64,000 nt of DNA from an uncultured Chloroflexia bacterium (GTDB lineage: Bacteria; Chloroflexota; UBA6077; JACCZL01), in NCBI GenBank assembly GCA_963765765.1, contig CAVXYC010000027.1:32001-96000 (forward strand), read 5' to 3'. This document shows, piece after piece, positions 52,030-62,193 of this stretch. Within the stretch, counting starts at the first letter, position 1. Each line of letters begins with the position of its first letter. The notes beneath the pieces are model-generated. The model was not told where the DNA came from. It searched no databases and saw nothing but the letters and a program-made list of their open reading frames with translations. Both the position numbers and the translations under genes were made by a program.

Positions 52030-52050
52030 ATCCCCCCTGGGAGGGGGTCA
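52030..52050. promoter_or_regulatory. Putative CsoR operator
   Basis: atcccccctgggagggggtca, a C-tract/G-tract pseudo-palindrome immediately upstream of csoR, resembling known CsoR operators. Confidence 0.55.
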
Positions 52051-52339
52051 GCAATATGCTAACACATGTTTCGAGAGCGGCGTAGATCTCGACGGGCCTA
52101 CGTCAGGCTGCGTTCTCGAGGCTCCGTATGCCCAGGCTCAGCAGCATCAGCACCCGCGTCTTTTCCCATCGTCACCAAGCGCCGGACTACGACACCCGGC
52201 TCGGACGCCGAAGCGTGGCAGTAACGGCCGCGGTGATGCCCTCGAGCCGGAACCGCTCAGTCTGCGCGGTGTAGAACGGCTCAAGCCAGTTCGCGGCCAT
52301 CCCCCACCTCCCGACTCACCAACGGGTGTCCCATACTGA

Positions 52340-52367
52340 AGTTCCGATAACCCCCATTATCGGAAAC
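52340..52367 (+). repeat. dif/Xer-like recombination site candidate F (closest to consensus)
   Basis: AGTTCCGATAA-CCCCCA-TTATCGGAAAC. Confidence 0.65.
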
Positions 52368-52748
52368 AAGCAAGCGCGCAGCAGCGGCACGGACCCGCAA
52401 TCGTGGCTATGGGCGAAACCCTATTAATGGCTCGACCGGGCTACATCGAACGCTCGCTCTACGCGCTGGCCATCAGGGAATGCTTCAACTATTGTGAAGT
52501 CTCCCCTGAGCGCCTCGAGACAGTATTTTCCCGCGTCGATCTCTTTCCGTGAGCGCACGCCGAAGCGACGTAGGAGCGGCAGGGCCGGCACCAGCCCTGG
52601 ACTGCGTGCTAACAGTAAAGGACGAGGACTCAGGGAACAATCACCTAGTGCCGCTAGCCCGCGACGAGGGTCAGCATCGAGTGCGTCGCGCCATGGCGGC
52701 CAGCTAACTCACGGATATCGAATCTTTAAGAGACAGGCATCGAAGGCT

Positions 52749-52778
52749 TGTTCCGATAACCCCCCTGTTATGCGAACC
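52749..52778 (+). repeat. dif/Xer-like recombination site candidate G
   Basis: TGTTCCGATAA-CCCCCCTG-TTATGCGAACC; the right arm reads GGTTCGCATAA on the minus strand, one mismatch from the E. coli XerC arm GGTGCGCATAA. Confidence 0.55.
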
Positions 52779-52942
52779 GCGGGGAACGCGGAACGGCGAA
52801 ACGTTGATCGAGCGCGTGCATCGAAGTAGGTGTAGATCGCGAACGTACCAAACCATACAACCCCGATCATCACGATCCCGATGAGAAAGGCGACATTCGC
52901 CTTACGCTTGAGCGCACGTTTCAACAGGTCATAGCTGCTCCT

Positions 52943-53974
52943 TCATGGCGATCGGTGCCGAAGGTCGGGTGCGCTCGCCGGATTTCGGCCCTTGAAGACC
53001 ACGAACAAGAGCCAGAGCGATGGCAGCAACAGCCCCATGCCCGGCACAAGCGTCCAGAGCACGAAGCGGAGCGTGGGCGCCGGTGCCGCCGAGTCGATCA
53101 CGGTCACATCGGGATAGATAATGTATGGCCATTGGGCCAGCGCCCAGCCCACCACCAACAGGATCACCTGGCCGACCGCCAGTGCTCGTGCCGTCGCGAA
53201 CCGATGCCTCCACATGGCCAAGGCGGACAGCGGCGCCAGCAGGATGCCACCGGCCACCACGGGTGCCGCCCGCAGGCTGGTCAGCCCTGTCCAGAGCCGT
53301 GGAGCTTCGACATAGGTTAGCAGCAGCGTCCCTATTGAGATGAGGCCTGCCGCCAGCCATGCGCCGAGCGCTCGGCGGCGGAAGTCCCCGCGCAGCTCGC
53401 CCTCGGTCTCCAGGGTCAGATAGACGGCGGCCAGATAGGCGCAGAGCGCGAGGGCCAGGGCACCGATCGCCAGTGCGAGCGGGTCGAGCCAGGCCCATGC
53501 CGCTTCCGGCGCCACCCGCCCGCTCTCGACTCGGATCCGCCCGTTCGAGACGGCGCCCAGGCAGACCCCGAGGAGGAACGGCGTGATAACGCTCGCGCCG
53601 CCGAAGACGTGCCCCCAGCTCAGGCGCGCGCCGATCGCCGCGTGTCCGTGCGCGCGGAACACGAACGCCGCCCCTCGCAGCACGACCCCCAGCAGGACCA
53701 GGTGGAAGGGGGCGAAGAATGCCACGCTCAGCGCCGCGAAGGCGGCCGGGAAGCAGGTGAAGAGCAGCACGATCAGGAAGATCAACCAGACGTGGTTGGC
53801 CTCCCAGACCGGCCCCATCGCGGTCGCGATGGCCGCGCGCTGCTTCCGGGCGCGTGGCCCACGGGCAAACAGGTCCCAGACTCCCCCGCCGAAGTCGGCG
53901 CCGGCCAGGACCGCATAGGCGACGAGCGTCCCCAGCGCGACGACGCCGACGACTTCGGGGAGGTACTCAGGCAT
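52943..53974 (-). CDS. cydB: Cytochrome bd quinol oxidase subunit II
   Basis: GADFGGG, GPVWEANHVWLI, LRGAAFVFR. Confidence 0.93.
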   Translation of the reverse strand: MPEYLPEVVGVVALGTLVAYAVLAGADFGGGVWDLFARGPRARKQRAAIATAMGPVWEANHVWLIFLIVLLFTCFPAAFAALSVAFFAPFHLVLLGVVLRGAAFVFRAHGHAAIGARLSWGHVFGGASVITPFLLGVCLGAVSNGRIRVESGRVAPEAAWAWLDPLALAIGALALALCAYLAAVYLTLETEGELRGDFRRRALGAWLAAGLISIGTLLLTYVEAPRLWTGLTSLRAAPVVAGGILLAPLSALAMWRHRFATARALAVGQVILLVVGWALAQWPYIIYPDVTVIDSAAPAPTLRFVLWTLVPGMGLLLPSLWLLFVVFKGRNPASAPDLRHRSP

Positions 53975-55331
53975 GGACGGGTGGAGCCTCTGGATCGGCC
54001 GCTGCGTGCTCCATCGGCTCGTCGCCACGCGCCAGGCGACGGAGCAGGATGATGAGGGTGACCGCCAGGCCGGCGTAGAGCAGGCTAAACCCGGCCAGGG
54101 ATATCCCGACCCCGCCGGCGGGCGTGACAGCGTCGGACGTGCGCATGACCCCGTAGATCACCCAGGGTTGGCGACCAACTTCGGTGACGATCCAGCCGGC
54201 CTCCAATGCCAGGAATCCGAGCGGTGCAGAGAGCACCAGCACCCAGAGGAGCCTCCGGCGGGCGGCCCAGTCGAGCCCGCCGCGTCGGCCGCGCCACCAC
54301 GCCCACCAGTACCAGAGCGCCACCCCCATCATCTCGAAGCCAGACCCGACCATTACCTGGAACGCCGGATGCACGATGCGCGACTCCGGCCACTGGTCGC
54401 GTGGGAATGCCTCCAGTCCGAGCACCTCGGCGTTCGGATCGTGGGCGGCCAGGACGCTGAGCAGGTACGGGATCTCGATGGCCCAGGACGTCTCCCGGGT
54501 ATTCGGGTCCGGCCAGCCGAAGATCCGCAACGGCGCGCCGCGCTCGGTCGTGAACTGGCCTTCCAAGGCTGCCAGCTTGGCTGGCTGATGCTCGTGTGCC
54601 CGCTGGGCCAGGAAGTCGCCAACGATCGGCTGGAGCACCGCCGAGATGCCGCCTAAGAGCATGGCGATAACGACGGCGAGGCCGTTGTAGCCGGCACAGT
54701 TCGAGCGTCGGTTCTTGAGCAGCGCCCAGGCGTAGATACCGGCGGCCGCAAACCCGACCGCCTGATACGTTGAGAGCGTCGAGTGCGCGGCCATCAGGGG
54801 CCAGGCCGGGTTGAAGAGCGCAGCCATCGGGTCGATGTTGATCGGCATGCCGTCTGGCCCCAGGTCGAAACCGACCGGCTGCTGCATCCATGAGTTCGCC
54901 GAGAGCACCAGGATGCCGGAGGCTGCTCCGCTGAGCGCAACGGGCCAACCACATAGCCAGTGAGCGAACGGTCTCAGGCGATCCCAGCCGTACAGGTACA
55001 GCCCGAGGAAGATCGCCTCGATGAAGAACGCGTACCCCTCCAGCGCGAAGGCCGGCCCGATGAGCGGCCCGGCGAACTCCATGAAGCGCGGCCAAAGCAG
55101 GCCGAGTTCGAACGAGAGCGCCGTGCCCGAGACGGCGCCGATGGCGAACAGAACGGCGGTGACCTTTGCCCAGGTCTTGGCGAGACGCAGGGCATCCCGA
55201 TCTCCCACCCGCAGCCAGCGGCCCTCGGCGATCAGCATCATCAGCGGCATCGCCATCCCGACCGCCGCGAAGACCATGTGGAACGCGAGCGAGACCTCCA
55301 TCTGGATCCGGGCGGCGGTGAGCTCGCTCAC
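53967..55331 (-). CDS. cydA: Cytochrome bd quinol oxidase subunit I (short Q-loop)
   Basis: LAFH, GAVSGT..SFE, QPAKLAALEG, EAGWIVTEVGRQPW; GTG start at 55331. Confidence 0.94.
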   Translation of the reverse strand: MSELTAARIQMEVSLAFHMVFAAVGMAMPLMMLIAEGRWLRVGDRDALRLAKTWAKVTAVLFAIGAVSGTALSFELGLLWPRFMEFAGPLIGPAFALEGYAFFIEAIFLGLYLYGWDRLRPFAHWLCGWPVALSGAASGILVLSANSWMQQPVGFDLGPDGMPINIDPMAALFNPAWPLMAAHSTLSTYQAVGFAAAGIYAWALLKNRRSNCAGYNGLAVVIAMLLGGISAVLQPIVGDFLAQRAHEHQPAKLAALEGQFTTERGAPLRIFGWPDPNTRETSWAIEIPYLLSVLAAHDPNAEVLGLEAFPRDQWPESRIVHPAFQVMVGSGFEMMGVALWYWWAWWRGRRGGLDWAARRRLLWVLVLSAPLGFLALEAGWIVTEVGRQPWVIYGVMRTSDAVTPAGGVGISLAGFSLLYAGLAVTLIILLRRLARGDEPMEHAAADPEAPPVHA

Positions 55332-55589
55332 GGCGGCGATCCTCCGAAGGGGGCAAGAGAGGCGGGGACCGCGAGCCGCCCGCGCACTCGATGCCACTGA
55401 TTGCCGTGGATATGGTCCCACAACGCTACGCCTGGGCGGGGCTGGAGAATCCCCCCAAGGGGGCGGGAATTCCCCTCTCCCGTTGTGAACGCGACGCCTG
55501 TGGGCGTCACCCATTGCTCACCGGGGCTCACTGCACTGCCTGAGCCTCCGCTCCGGAGATTAGGAGTTGGTTGGCAACCATCATGCCTG

Positions 55590-55760
55590 TGGCCACGTTC
55601 GACCCGTCGAGTGCCAATCTCGTGCCCATCGCCACCTGAACCGGCACGCCCCATGAGGTAGACAAGGATCGGCACCGTCAGGATCGAGCCGCAGGCACCA
55701 AGCGTCCCCGGCAACAGGCCGATCACGACCCCAAGCCTCAGAGCGAGCACGGCGTGACCC
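55590..55760 (-). pseudogene. TauE/SafE (sulfite exporter) N-terminal remnant
   Basis: LGVVIGLL.GTLGA.GSILTVPILVYLMG. Confidence 0.55.
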
Positions 55761-55789
55761 AACTCAGGCACGATCCGCTGATTCCAGTT

Positions 55790-56119
55790 CGGGAGCAAGC
55801 TGAGGGGCCAAGGTCGGGCGCAGCAGGTCGCAGGCGTCTGCGATGGCTGGGGTAGGCCAAGCCGTAGAAGTTTCTGTTCGCTTCGCGGCGGGCGGTCACC
55901 ATACCCACCTCGCGCATAACGGTCGGGTGCTGCGAGACATTCGGTTGGCGGACGCAAGCGCCGCGACCAACGATTAACGGTGCCCTCTCCGTCTCTGAGC
56001 AGGGGGATGATCGCCAGCCGCTTCGGGTCCGCCAGCGCTTGGCACAGCAGAGCCTGGCGCTCGAAGAGCGCCCTCGGCAGGTCGAGCCGCGGGGAAGATG
56101 CGCCGGATTGAATATTCAT
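55790..56119 (-). pseudogene. ArsR/SmtB-family regulator, frameshifted
   Basis: LFERQALLCQALADPKRLAII.LLRDGE.TV, then the frame is lost. Confidence 0.65.
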
Positions 56120-56176
56120 GATACCGACGGCTGTAGTAGCAATGGTTCAACTAACTGTGTCTGCAAGAATAGTATT

Positions 56177-56204
56177 CGTTCCGATAACCCCCATTCTCGG
56201 AACG
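56177..56204 (+). repeat. dif/Xer-like recombination site candidate H
   Basis: CGTTCCGATAA-CCCCCA-TTCTCGGAACG. Confidence 0.65.
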
Positions 56205-56693
56205 ACCAGCTCCGGATGTGAACTCGGAGACTGATTCCTTGGTTCCAGATAATGGCCTATTGACGTGGTTATCGGAACCACATTTTCGTGCGTCGATCAT
56301 TTGCCAAAAGCGGCCGGCGAGAGATTCCCAGTGACGGGCGAGACTGGCTACGCTAATCCGGCTTAGCGCTCACGCTAGCCCAGGCCGTCTCAATACTGGC
56401 CGGGCGGGGTGGTCACTGAGACATTGTTTACTTGACGGGTTGTGAGACCAAGCGTCGAGCTCGGCCGCGGGGGTTCAAGGACAGTCGGAGCTCCGTCCAA
56501 CAAACGGCCGTTTTGTGAGACGTCGGGATCCGCGCCGCGCGGACGACGCCATCCGAGCGCGGTCTTGAGCTCGCGGTGTCCAGACTGGAGAGCGAGATCG
56601 CCCCGAGGGGCCGGCGCTGCACAACGGGATCGATCATCCCTCCCATCCTCCAATTCATTGTATGTAACGGGCGCTCCCCGCTCAGGACATGCG

Positions 56694-57575
56694 TTACTGA
56701 CGAAGCTCTACCCAGCCTTCGCGGATCCGCGCCGTGAAGCTCGGCTGCGGATACACTGACGGACCGTCGAGCAGCTCGCCGGTGCACACATTGAACCTCG
56801 ATCCGTGCCAGGGGCACGTGATCACGTCACCGTCCAGCTCGCCTTCCGACAGTGGGCCCCCCAGGTGAGCACAGCTTTCGGCGATGGCGGTAACCTGATC
56901 GCCTCGTCGGAAGAGCAGGATCCGCGCGCCGTTTACCTCGCCCTTCCGGACCTGCCCATCTGGCAGATCTGCCTCCAGCATGACGCGCTTGAACTCGGGC
57001 GGTAAGCTGGTTCCTTTTGCGTGATCGACGCCGATTCCCTCGCTAAAAACGAGCGCTCCGCCGAGATAGGCGGACACATTTGAGATGGCAAACCCAGTCA
57101 TCGAAAGAACAATGCCGCGGCCTCGATGTCCTGATTTACGCGCCGCCATCGATGCGAGATACGCCATTGTCACCGATCCATTCAGAAGACCATGAACCAG
57201 ACCTATTCGCCGCGATGATCCGGATGTGTATTGCCAGTCGTTCCAGCCGGCGACGATTGCCGCGGCTGCGCCCGCTAGACCAACGGCCACCGTTGAGTCG
57301 CCAACCTTGCTGAAACTGCGCATCGAGCTCAGCTCCAGTAAATCGGCCAGAAACGTGACGCTCCACGCCCCGATTGGAACGTCCGTGAGAATGGGATGCA
57401 ATGGATGGCCGAGCCAGGTACCGTGGAGCACGTTCCTGGCACCGCTGCCAAGCTTCGTCGTGACGTCGCCGACGACTTGCGACACCCGATCGGCGAGACC
57501 ATCGAGCTGCTCCAAACTACCGATCCGCTCGGCGATCGACATCGGCAAGTGTGCCGCGTTTCTGGACATTGCCAT
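56694..57575 (-). CDS. DUF2231-like membrane domain plus Rieske [2Fe-2S] ferredoxin fusion
   Basis: LHGTWLGHPLHPILTDVPIG, YLGGALVF; CAHLGGPL...CPWHGSRF. Confidence 0.88.
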   Translation of the reverse strand: MAMSRNAAHLPMSIAERIGSLEQLDGLADRVSQVVGDVTTKLGSGARNVLHGTWLGHPLHPILTDVPIGAWSVTFLADLLELSSMRSFSKVGDSTVAVGLAGAAAAIVAGWNDWQYTSGSSRRIGLVHGLLNGSVTMAYLASMAARKSGHRGRGIVLSMTGFAISNVSAYLGGALVFSEGIGVDHAKGTSLPPEFKRVMLEADLPDGQVRKGEVNGARILLFRRGDQVTAIAESCAHLGGPLSEGELDGDVITCPWHGSRFNVCTGELLDGPSVYPQPSFTARIREGWVELRQ

Positions 57576-57699
57576 GTTCCCTCCCACGCTGAACCCGACA
57601 GAGCGGCGCAATACGCATGCCAAGCCACCCGAAAGTGTGGGTGGATTGACAGCCCGCCGAGCGCCGGTCGCCTACAATTTCTGCGTTGGGAGTTGAGCC

Positions 57700-57795
57700 A
57701 TGACCATGGATGAGAACGACGTCTTCATCGATCTAGCACTGGAAATCGCCCAGGACGAATCGCCGTCCGAGCTGGAGCCAGTCGAAGGGGAGTAG
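57700..57795 (+). CDS. Putative 31-aa acidic small protein
   Basis: GGGAG RBS; MTMDENDVFIDLALEIAQDESPSELEPVEGE; hairpin after the stop. Confidence 0.4.
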   Translation: MTMDENDVFIDLALEIAQDESPSELEPVEGE

Positions 57796-57837
57796 CGGCC
57801 GGCAGGTCGTTGACGACCCACCGGCCCGAGCTGCGTA

Positions 57838-59157
57838 TCAGGGCCTCAGAACGACGGCCGTAAACTTCTCAGGATCGAGATAGGTCTCGACCACCCGCTG
57901 CACGTCCGCCGCAGTCACGGCGCGTATGCGATCGCGGTGGTCGTCAAGGGTCTGGCCGTTGTAGGCCAGGGCACCCAGGGCCATCGCATCGTCGGCGTAC
58001 TGCTCAAGGCCCACGACGAATGTCCCAAGAAGATACCTCTTGATGGCTTCGACGCTGGCCTCGGTGATCTTGTCCCCGCGCATATTGCGGACCTGTTCGA
58101 GTGCGATGTCCCGCAATCGTTCCGCGTTTCCGGCTTCCGTGCCCGCCGCGATCGACCAGTCGCCGGTCTCACGAAACGTCATCATCCCGCTACCCACGGA
58201 ATAGGCCAAGCCATAGCGATCGCGCACTTCGCCGAACAGGGGTCCGCTGGGGAGACCCATGATGCGGTCGTAAATCAGCAGAGGATAGTAGTCAGGGTGA
58301 AGACGACCAACAGCCGGCACACTCAACACAACCTCAGCTTGATCGGACCCCGCTTTAACCTCTTTCCAACCAGGCTTTGCCTCAACCGGTGGAAGCGGCG
58401 TGCGGACAGGACGCTGACCCGACGGGACGGCGCCTAGCGCATTGCCGACCATAGCCACGGCATCTTCGTGCGAGACGTTACCGACGACCGAGACAATCAT
58501 GTTACTGCCGAGAAAATGCTGAGCATGAAACTGGCGCAGCGCATCAGGTGTGAGCGTTTGCAGGCTCTCGGCATCGCCAGAAGGCGTCCGTCGAGCGATC
58601 TCATGACCGTAGAGCTCCTCAAGCTGCACGTCCCGAATCCAGCGCGCCGGGGCGTTCTTTCGCCTCGCCACGTCATCCAGCGACGTGCGACGCGCACGCT
58701 CGATGAGGTCATCGGTGGATCCCGAGCTCATCAAAATATCGGCCAGCACGTTGAGCGCTTCAGGAAAGTCGGGACCACGCGCCACCGTGCTGAGCGAGAA
58801 ATTCTCCCAGCCTGCTCGAGTTCCCAGCATGCCACCCGTGATACTGAAGTGGCGCAGGACGTCTCCAGGAGTCGGCCGGGTGGGCGTGCCCTGGAGCATG
58901 AGCTGCTCCCAGAGCTTGGTGGCGCCCGCCTCATCGTCGGCTTCATCCCGGGAGCCGCTGCCCACCAGAACTTGCATGGCGATCACATCAGCGCCTTCAC
59001 GTTGTCGCGTAAGGACGACGATCCCGTTGGGTAACACGGTCTGCAAAGAGTCGGCGCCACCCGGGGCACTACCGGGCATAACTGCCATCGGCAAAGTGAC
59101 GCTGGCAAACACGTATGGAGCGGCGAAGAGAGCCGATGTTGTGCTGAAGACAGTCAT
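57838..59157 (-). CDS. M16 peptidase, non-catalytic subunit
   Basis: M16 fold; HxxEH replaced by KLWEQ; VRDRYGLAY; overlaps the upstream gene stop. Confidence 0.88.
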   Translation of the reverse strand: MTVFSTTSALFAAPYVFASVTLPMAVMPGSAPGGADSLQTVLPNGIVVLTRQREGADVIAMQVLVGSGSRDEADDEAGATKLWEQLMLQGTPTRPTPGDVLRHFSITGGMLGTRAGWENFSLSTVARGPDFPEALNVLADILMSSGSTDDLIERARRTSLDDVARRKNAPARWIRDVQLEELYGHEIARRTPSGDAESLQTLTPDALRQFHAQHFLGSNMIVSVVGNVSHEDAVAMVGNALGAVPSGQRPVRTPLPPVEAKPGWKEVKAGSDQAEVVLSVPAVGRLHPDYYPLLIYDRIMGLPSGPLFGEVRDRYGLAYSVGSGMMTFRETGDWSIAAGTEAGNAERLRDIALEQVRNMRGDKITEASVEAIKRYLLGTFVVGLEQYADDAMALGALAYNGQTLDDHRDRIRAVTAADVQRVVETYLDPEKFTAVVLRP

Positions 59158-60455
59158 GGTCGTACCACGACGACGGCAAGCTGCTCTGGGTCCAGATACT
59201 GGCGGGCAACCGCCAGTACATCGGCCGAAGTAACCTTGCGCACCCCCGCGAGATACACGTCAAGTCCGGCAGCAGGCCCCAGTGTGTGGGGACCAGCGAT
59301 GGTTCCGGCCTGACGAATCGAGCCCTGCATGCCAAGCTCGGTTCTTCCTTCTATAAATCGCACGGCATTGGTGACCTCTTCGTCCGTTGGCCCCGTGTCC
59401 CGCATGAGTCGCAGGTGCCCTAGTAGCCCTTGCAGGGCCTCTTCGGTTTGAGTGGGCGCTACCGTGGCGGAAAGCTCGAACAATCCTACGTCGGTGAGTT
59501 GATATGAGCTGCTCCCCGCGTCGGCGACGATTCCGCGCTGATCACGGAGATCGGTCATGAGCCGGCGCCCCGATGAGCCCAGTATCTCCGCCAGTACATC
59601 CAGAGGGTACTGCTCCTGGCTATTGAGTCCGGGCACCGCGGTGCCGACGAGTACCCGCGCCTGGCTCGAGCCCGCTTGTAAATCGATGCGCTGGGAGCGG
59701 GCCGCGGGTGGTGGCACAACTGGTCGATCATAGAACGGACCCTGGCGCATGTCCGCAAACGCGGGGGCGACCTTGGCCAGCACTTCCTCATGTGTCATTG
59801 GTCCTACAACAGCAATGACCATGTTGTTGGAGACAAAGTATTTGTCGCGGAAATCCACCAGGACTTCGCGCGTCGAATTGTTCACCGTCTCGCGACTACC
59901 AATGGGTAGTCGTTCGGCTGGATGGCCCGTAAGAACGGCTTTGGTGAGAACTTCATCGGCGTAGCGCTCAGGGCTATTTCGACCGCGATTCAGCTCTTCC
60001 AGGACAACCGCGCGTTCTTTATCCACTTTGTCCGCGGGGAATGTGGAGTTGACCAGGATATCGGAGAGAACGTCTAGACCGACGTCAAAGTCATCAGCAG
60101 CCACGACGACCTGAAATGCGATCTGCTCAAAGCTCGTGTACGCGTTGATCCAACCACCGCGAGATGTGACGCTATCGAAAATTGCAGCCTGATCGGCATA
60201 CCTCGACGCACCCTGAAAGAACATGTGCTCCATGAAGTGCGCCGCGCCCACGGTCTCGTCGTCCTCGTCACGCGATCCGCCGCGGAACGCCGCGTGGAAA
60301 GCAACCACCTGACCCTCCGGGCGCTCGCTTGTCAGGACCGTGATGCCGTTTGCAAGCTCGGAGCTGCGGACGTCGCTGTCGTCTGCAAACCCAGGTCGCT
60401 CACCGGATGTAACTGACGCCAATAAGGCCAATACGACCCCCCACGATTTGAGCAT
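59154..60455 (-). CDS. M16 zinc peptidase, catalytic subunit
   Basis: GAAHFMEHM, NAYTS, ERAVVLEE. Confidence 0.92.
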   Translation of the reverse strand: MLKSWGVVLALLASVTSGERPGFADDSDVRSSELANGITVLTSERPEGQVVAFHAAFRGGSRDEDDETVGAAHFMEHMFFQGASRYADQAAIFDSVTSRGGWINAYTSFEQIAFQVVVAADDFDVGLDVLSDILVNSTFPADKVDKERAVVLEELNRGRNSPERYADEVLTKAVLTGHPAERLPIGSRETVNNSTREVLVDFRDKYFVSNNMVIAVVGPMTHEEVLAKVAPAFADMRQGPFYDRPVVPPPAARSQRIDLQAGSSQARVLVGTAVPGLNSQEQYPLDVLAEILGSSGRRLMTDLRDQRGIVADAGSSSYQLTDVGLFELSATVAPTQTEEALQGLLGHLRLMRDTGPTDEEVTNAVRFIEGRTELGMQGSIRQAGTIAGPHTLGPAAGLDVYLAGVRKVTSADVLAVARQYLDPEQLAVVVVRP

Positions 60456-60849
60456 TCAGGCTCCCAGCCAATCTGCTAAGGAGATAATCAATTCGATTAT
60501 ACCGACCTGTCTTGCACGGCCCTGGGGCGTTCATTAGACTCGACGCTGGGATGATCGTCGGCAGACGATGTGTCGCCCTCAAGGAGAGCGCCATGGCGGA
60601 TGTCCCGATCACCCCCTTCCTTCACAAGCTCCAGGAGATGGACCCAGCATTTTGCGGAGTCGGTGCTCAAGATGGTCCATGGATGAGCTCGCAAAGCCGC
60701 CGCCCGACGACTCCGGTGGGCACCAACGTCAATACAGCGAGGAATGAGGGCCGGAACTGGTCGTGCCAGTCAACTTCGCGTAGAGAATAGCTTCTTTCCG
60801 CGATCGACCTGGCAGGTCCAGAACCGCTCCCAGCAATTGGGGGCTAGCC

Positions 60850-61373
60850 ACACGGAGAGCTTCCTTCCCTGATCTTCACGACGATCCGTGCTGCGCGAGG
60901 CGTCGGTACCAGCACGGCCATGACATCGTCGTGGGTCTCGGCGTGAGCAGCCAGGTCGACGTGGCCATGGAGGTCCTGGAGGAGCGGCGCGGCGTGCTGA
61001 GCGTCGTGAGCCAGCGCGAAGAGCACTTCAGCGAACACGACCAGCGCTTCCTCACCGCCGTGGCCGGCTGGATTGGCCACTTGACCCATCGGAGTGAGCT
61101 GGTCAAGCAATTGGCCGGCGGGATCGCCCAGCAGGCGCGGCGGGAGGCCGGCGACGAGCTGGCCCGAATCACCCGCCGACAGCAGGAAGTAGCTGCGCTG
61201 GTGGCGGAGTGCCTGAGTAACGAGGAGATCGCGGCACGGCTGGTATTGACGCCGGGCACGTGGCCAACCACATGGAAAACATCCTCACGCGGCTCGAACT
61301 GCCGAATCGGACGAGTCTGGGGGTCTGGGCGGTGGAGCGCGGACTGTATCGTTCGGAGTGGGCCAGGGAGTAA
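60850..61373 (+). pseudogene. GAF plus LuxR-HTH regulator, truncated and frameshifted (5' end approximate)
   Basis: RGVLSVVS...FSEHDQRFL GAF end; ITRRQQEVAALVAECLSNEEIAARL, then ANHMENILTRL in a shifted frame. Confidence 0.7.
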
Positions 61374-62193
61374 TTCGGGGCGGCACGACATCTGCAGGGC
61401 CGTCGCCATCCCCGCACGATCGGAGTCCCCATGGAATGGCCGGAGTTGGACGCCCTTGCCGATGAGCTTCGACGGACGCTGGCACGCGGGTCCCTGCGAG
61501 GTTGCCCCGCTCTCGGGGAGGTTGCGAGCCGAACACTGGACGCGGAGCGTGTTGCGCGCATCACGTTGGCCGACATCGATCATGTGCGCGCCTGGGAGCG
61601 GTCTGATGCCTTCCCCCGCTCCGGCCGGGTCGGCGCTGTGAGCTGGGACGGAGCGCGCGCCAGTTGCTCCACGGGGCGTAGCACGGTCCCGACTGTGAGT
61701 GCAGACGACGCCGATGGCCCCGGGCGATGCCATGGCGGAGGCGCTTCAAGGACCGCGTGGACTGCGCCCTGCGTCACGCCGAGCCGTCCGAGGGCGCCAT
61801 GACCTTCCCGTCGGTCGACAATGCGGACGGGTGGTTGTTGGAAGAAGCGGCGCCGAGCGTGGTGCACGTCCGCTGGAACAACGTCTATGGCTCTCGCGGT
61901 CCCGGAGACGACGCGCTGCGGGCGAGGCTGCTGGATCCGGTCGAGCAGTTCCTGCATTTGACGCAGTACGCCGTGACGCGGCATCGCGACGAACGAGGTC
62001 CCTACGTTCGTGTGACGCGATGGCGGTTTGCCGGGTCCGCTTCCGCCGACGGCCGCCTTCGACTCAAGTCCTGCGGATCCGATTCCCGCGCGGCATCGGA
62101 AACGGCATCGGGCGCGAGATACGTATGGAGCTGCACATCATCCCATGCAGCGTTCGGATCACTCTTAGCTGAGCACCAGGAGGGGAGCTTTCA

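Noticed and set aside
52340-52367. The chromosomal dif site itself
   Set aside because: No XerD-type TTATGTTAAAT/TTATGTCAA arm, and many copies are present rather than one.
55483-55500. Rex operator upstream of cydA
   Set aside because: Only the TTGTGAA half-site is present, with no TTCACAA partner.
60593-60690. Short ORF MADVPITPFLHKLQEMDPAF with a good RBS (possible CMD-family remnant)
   Set aside because: Too short and disrupted to assign a family from sequence alone.
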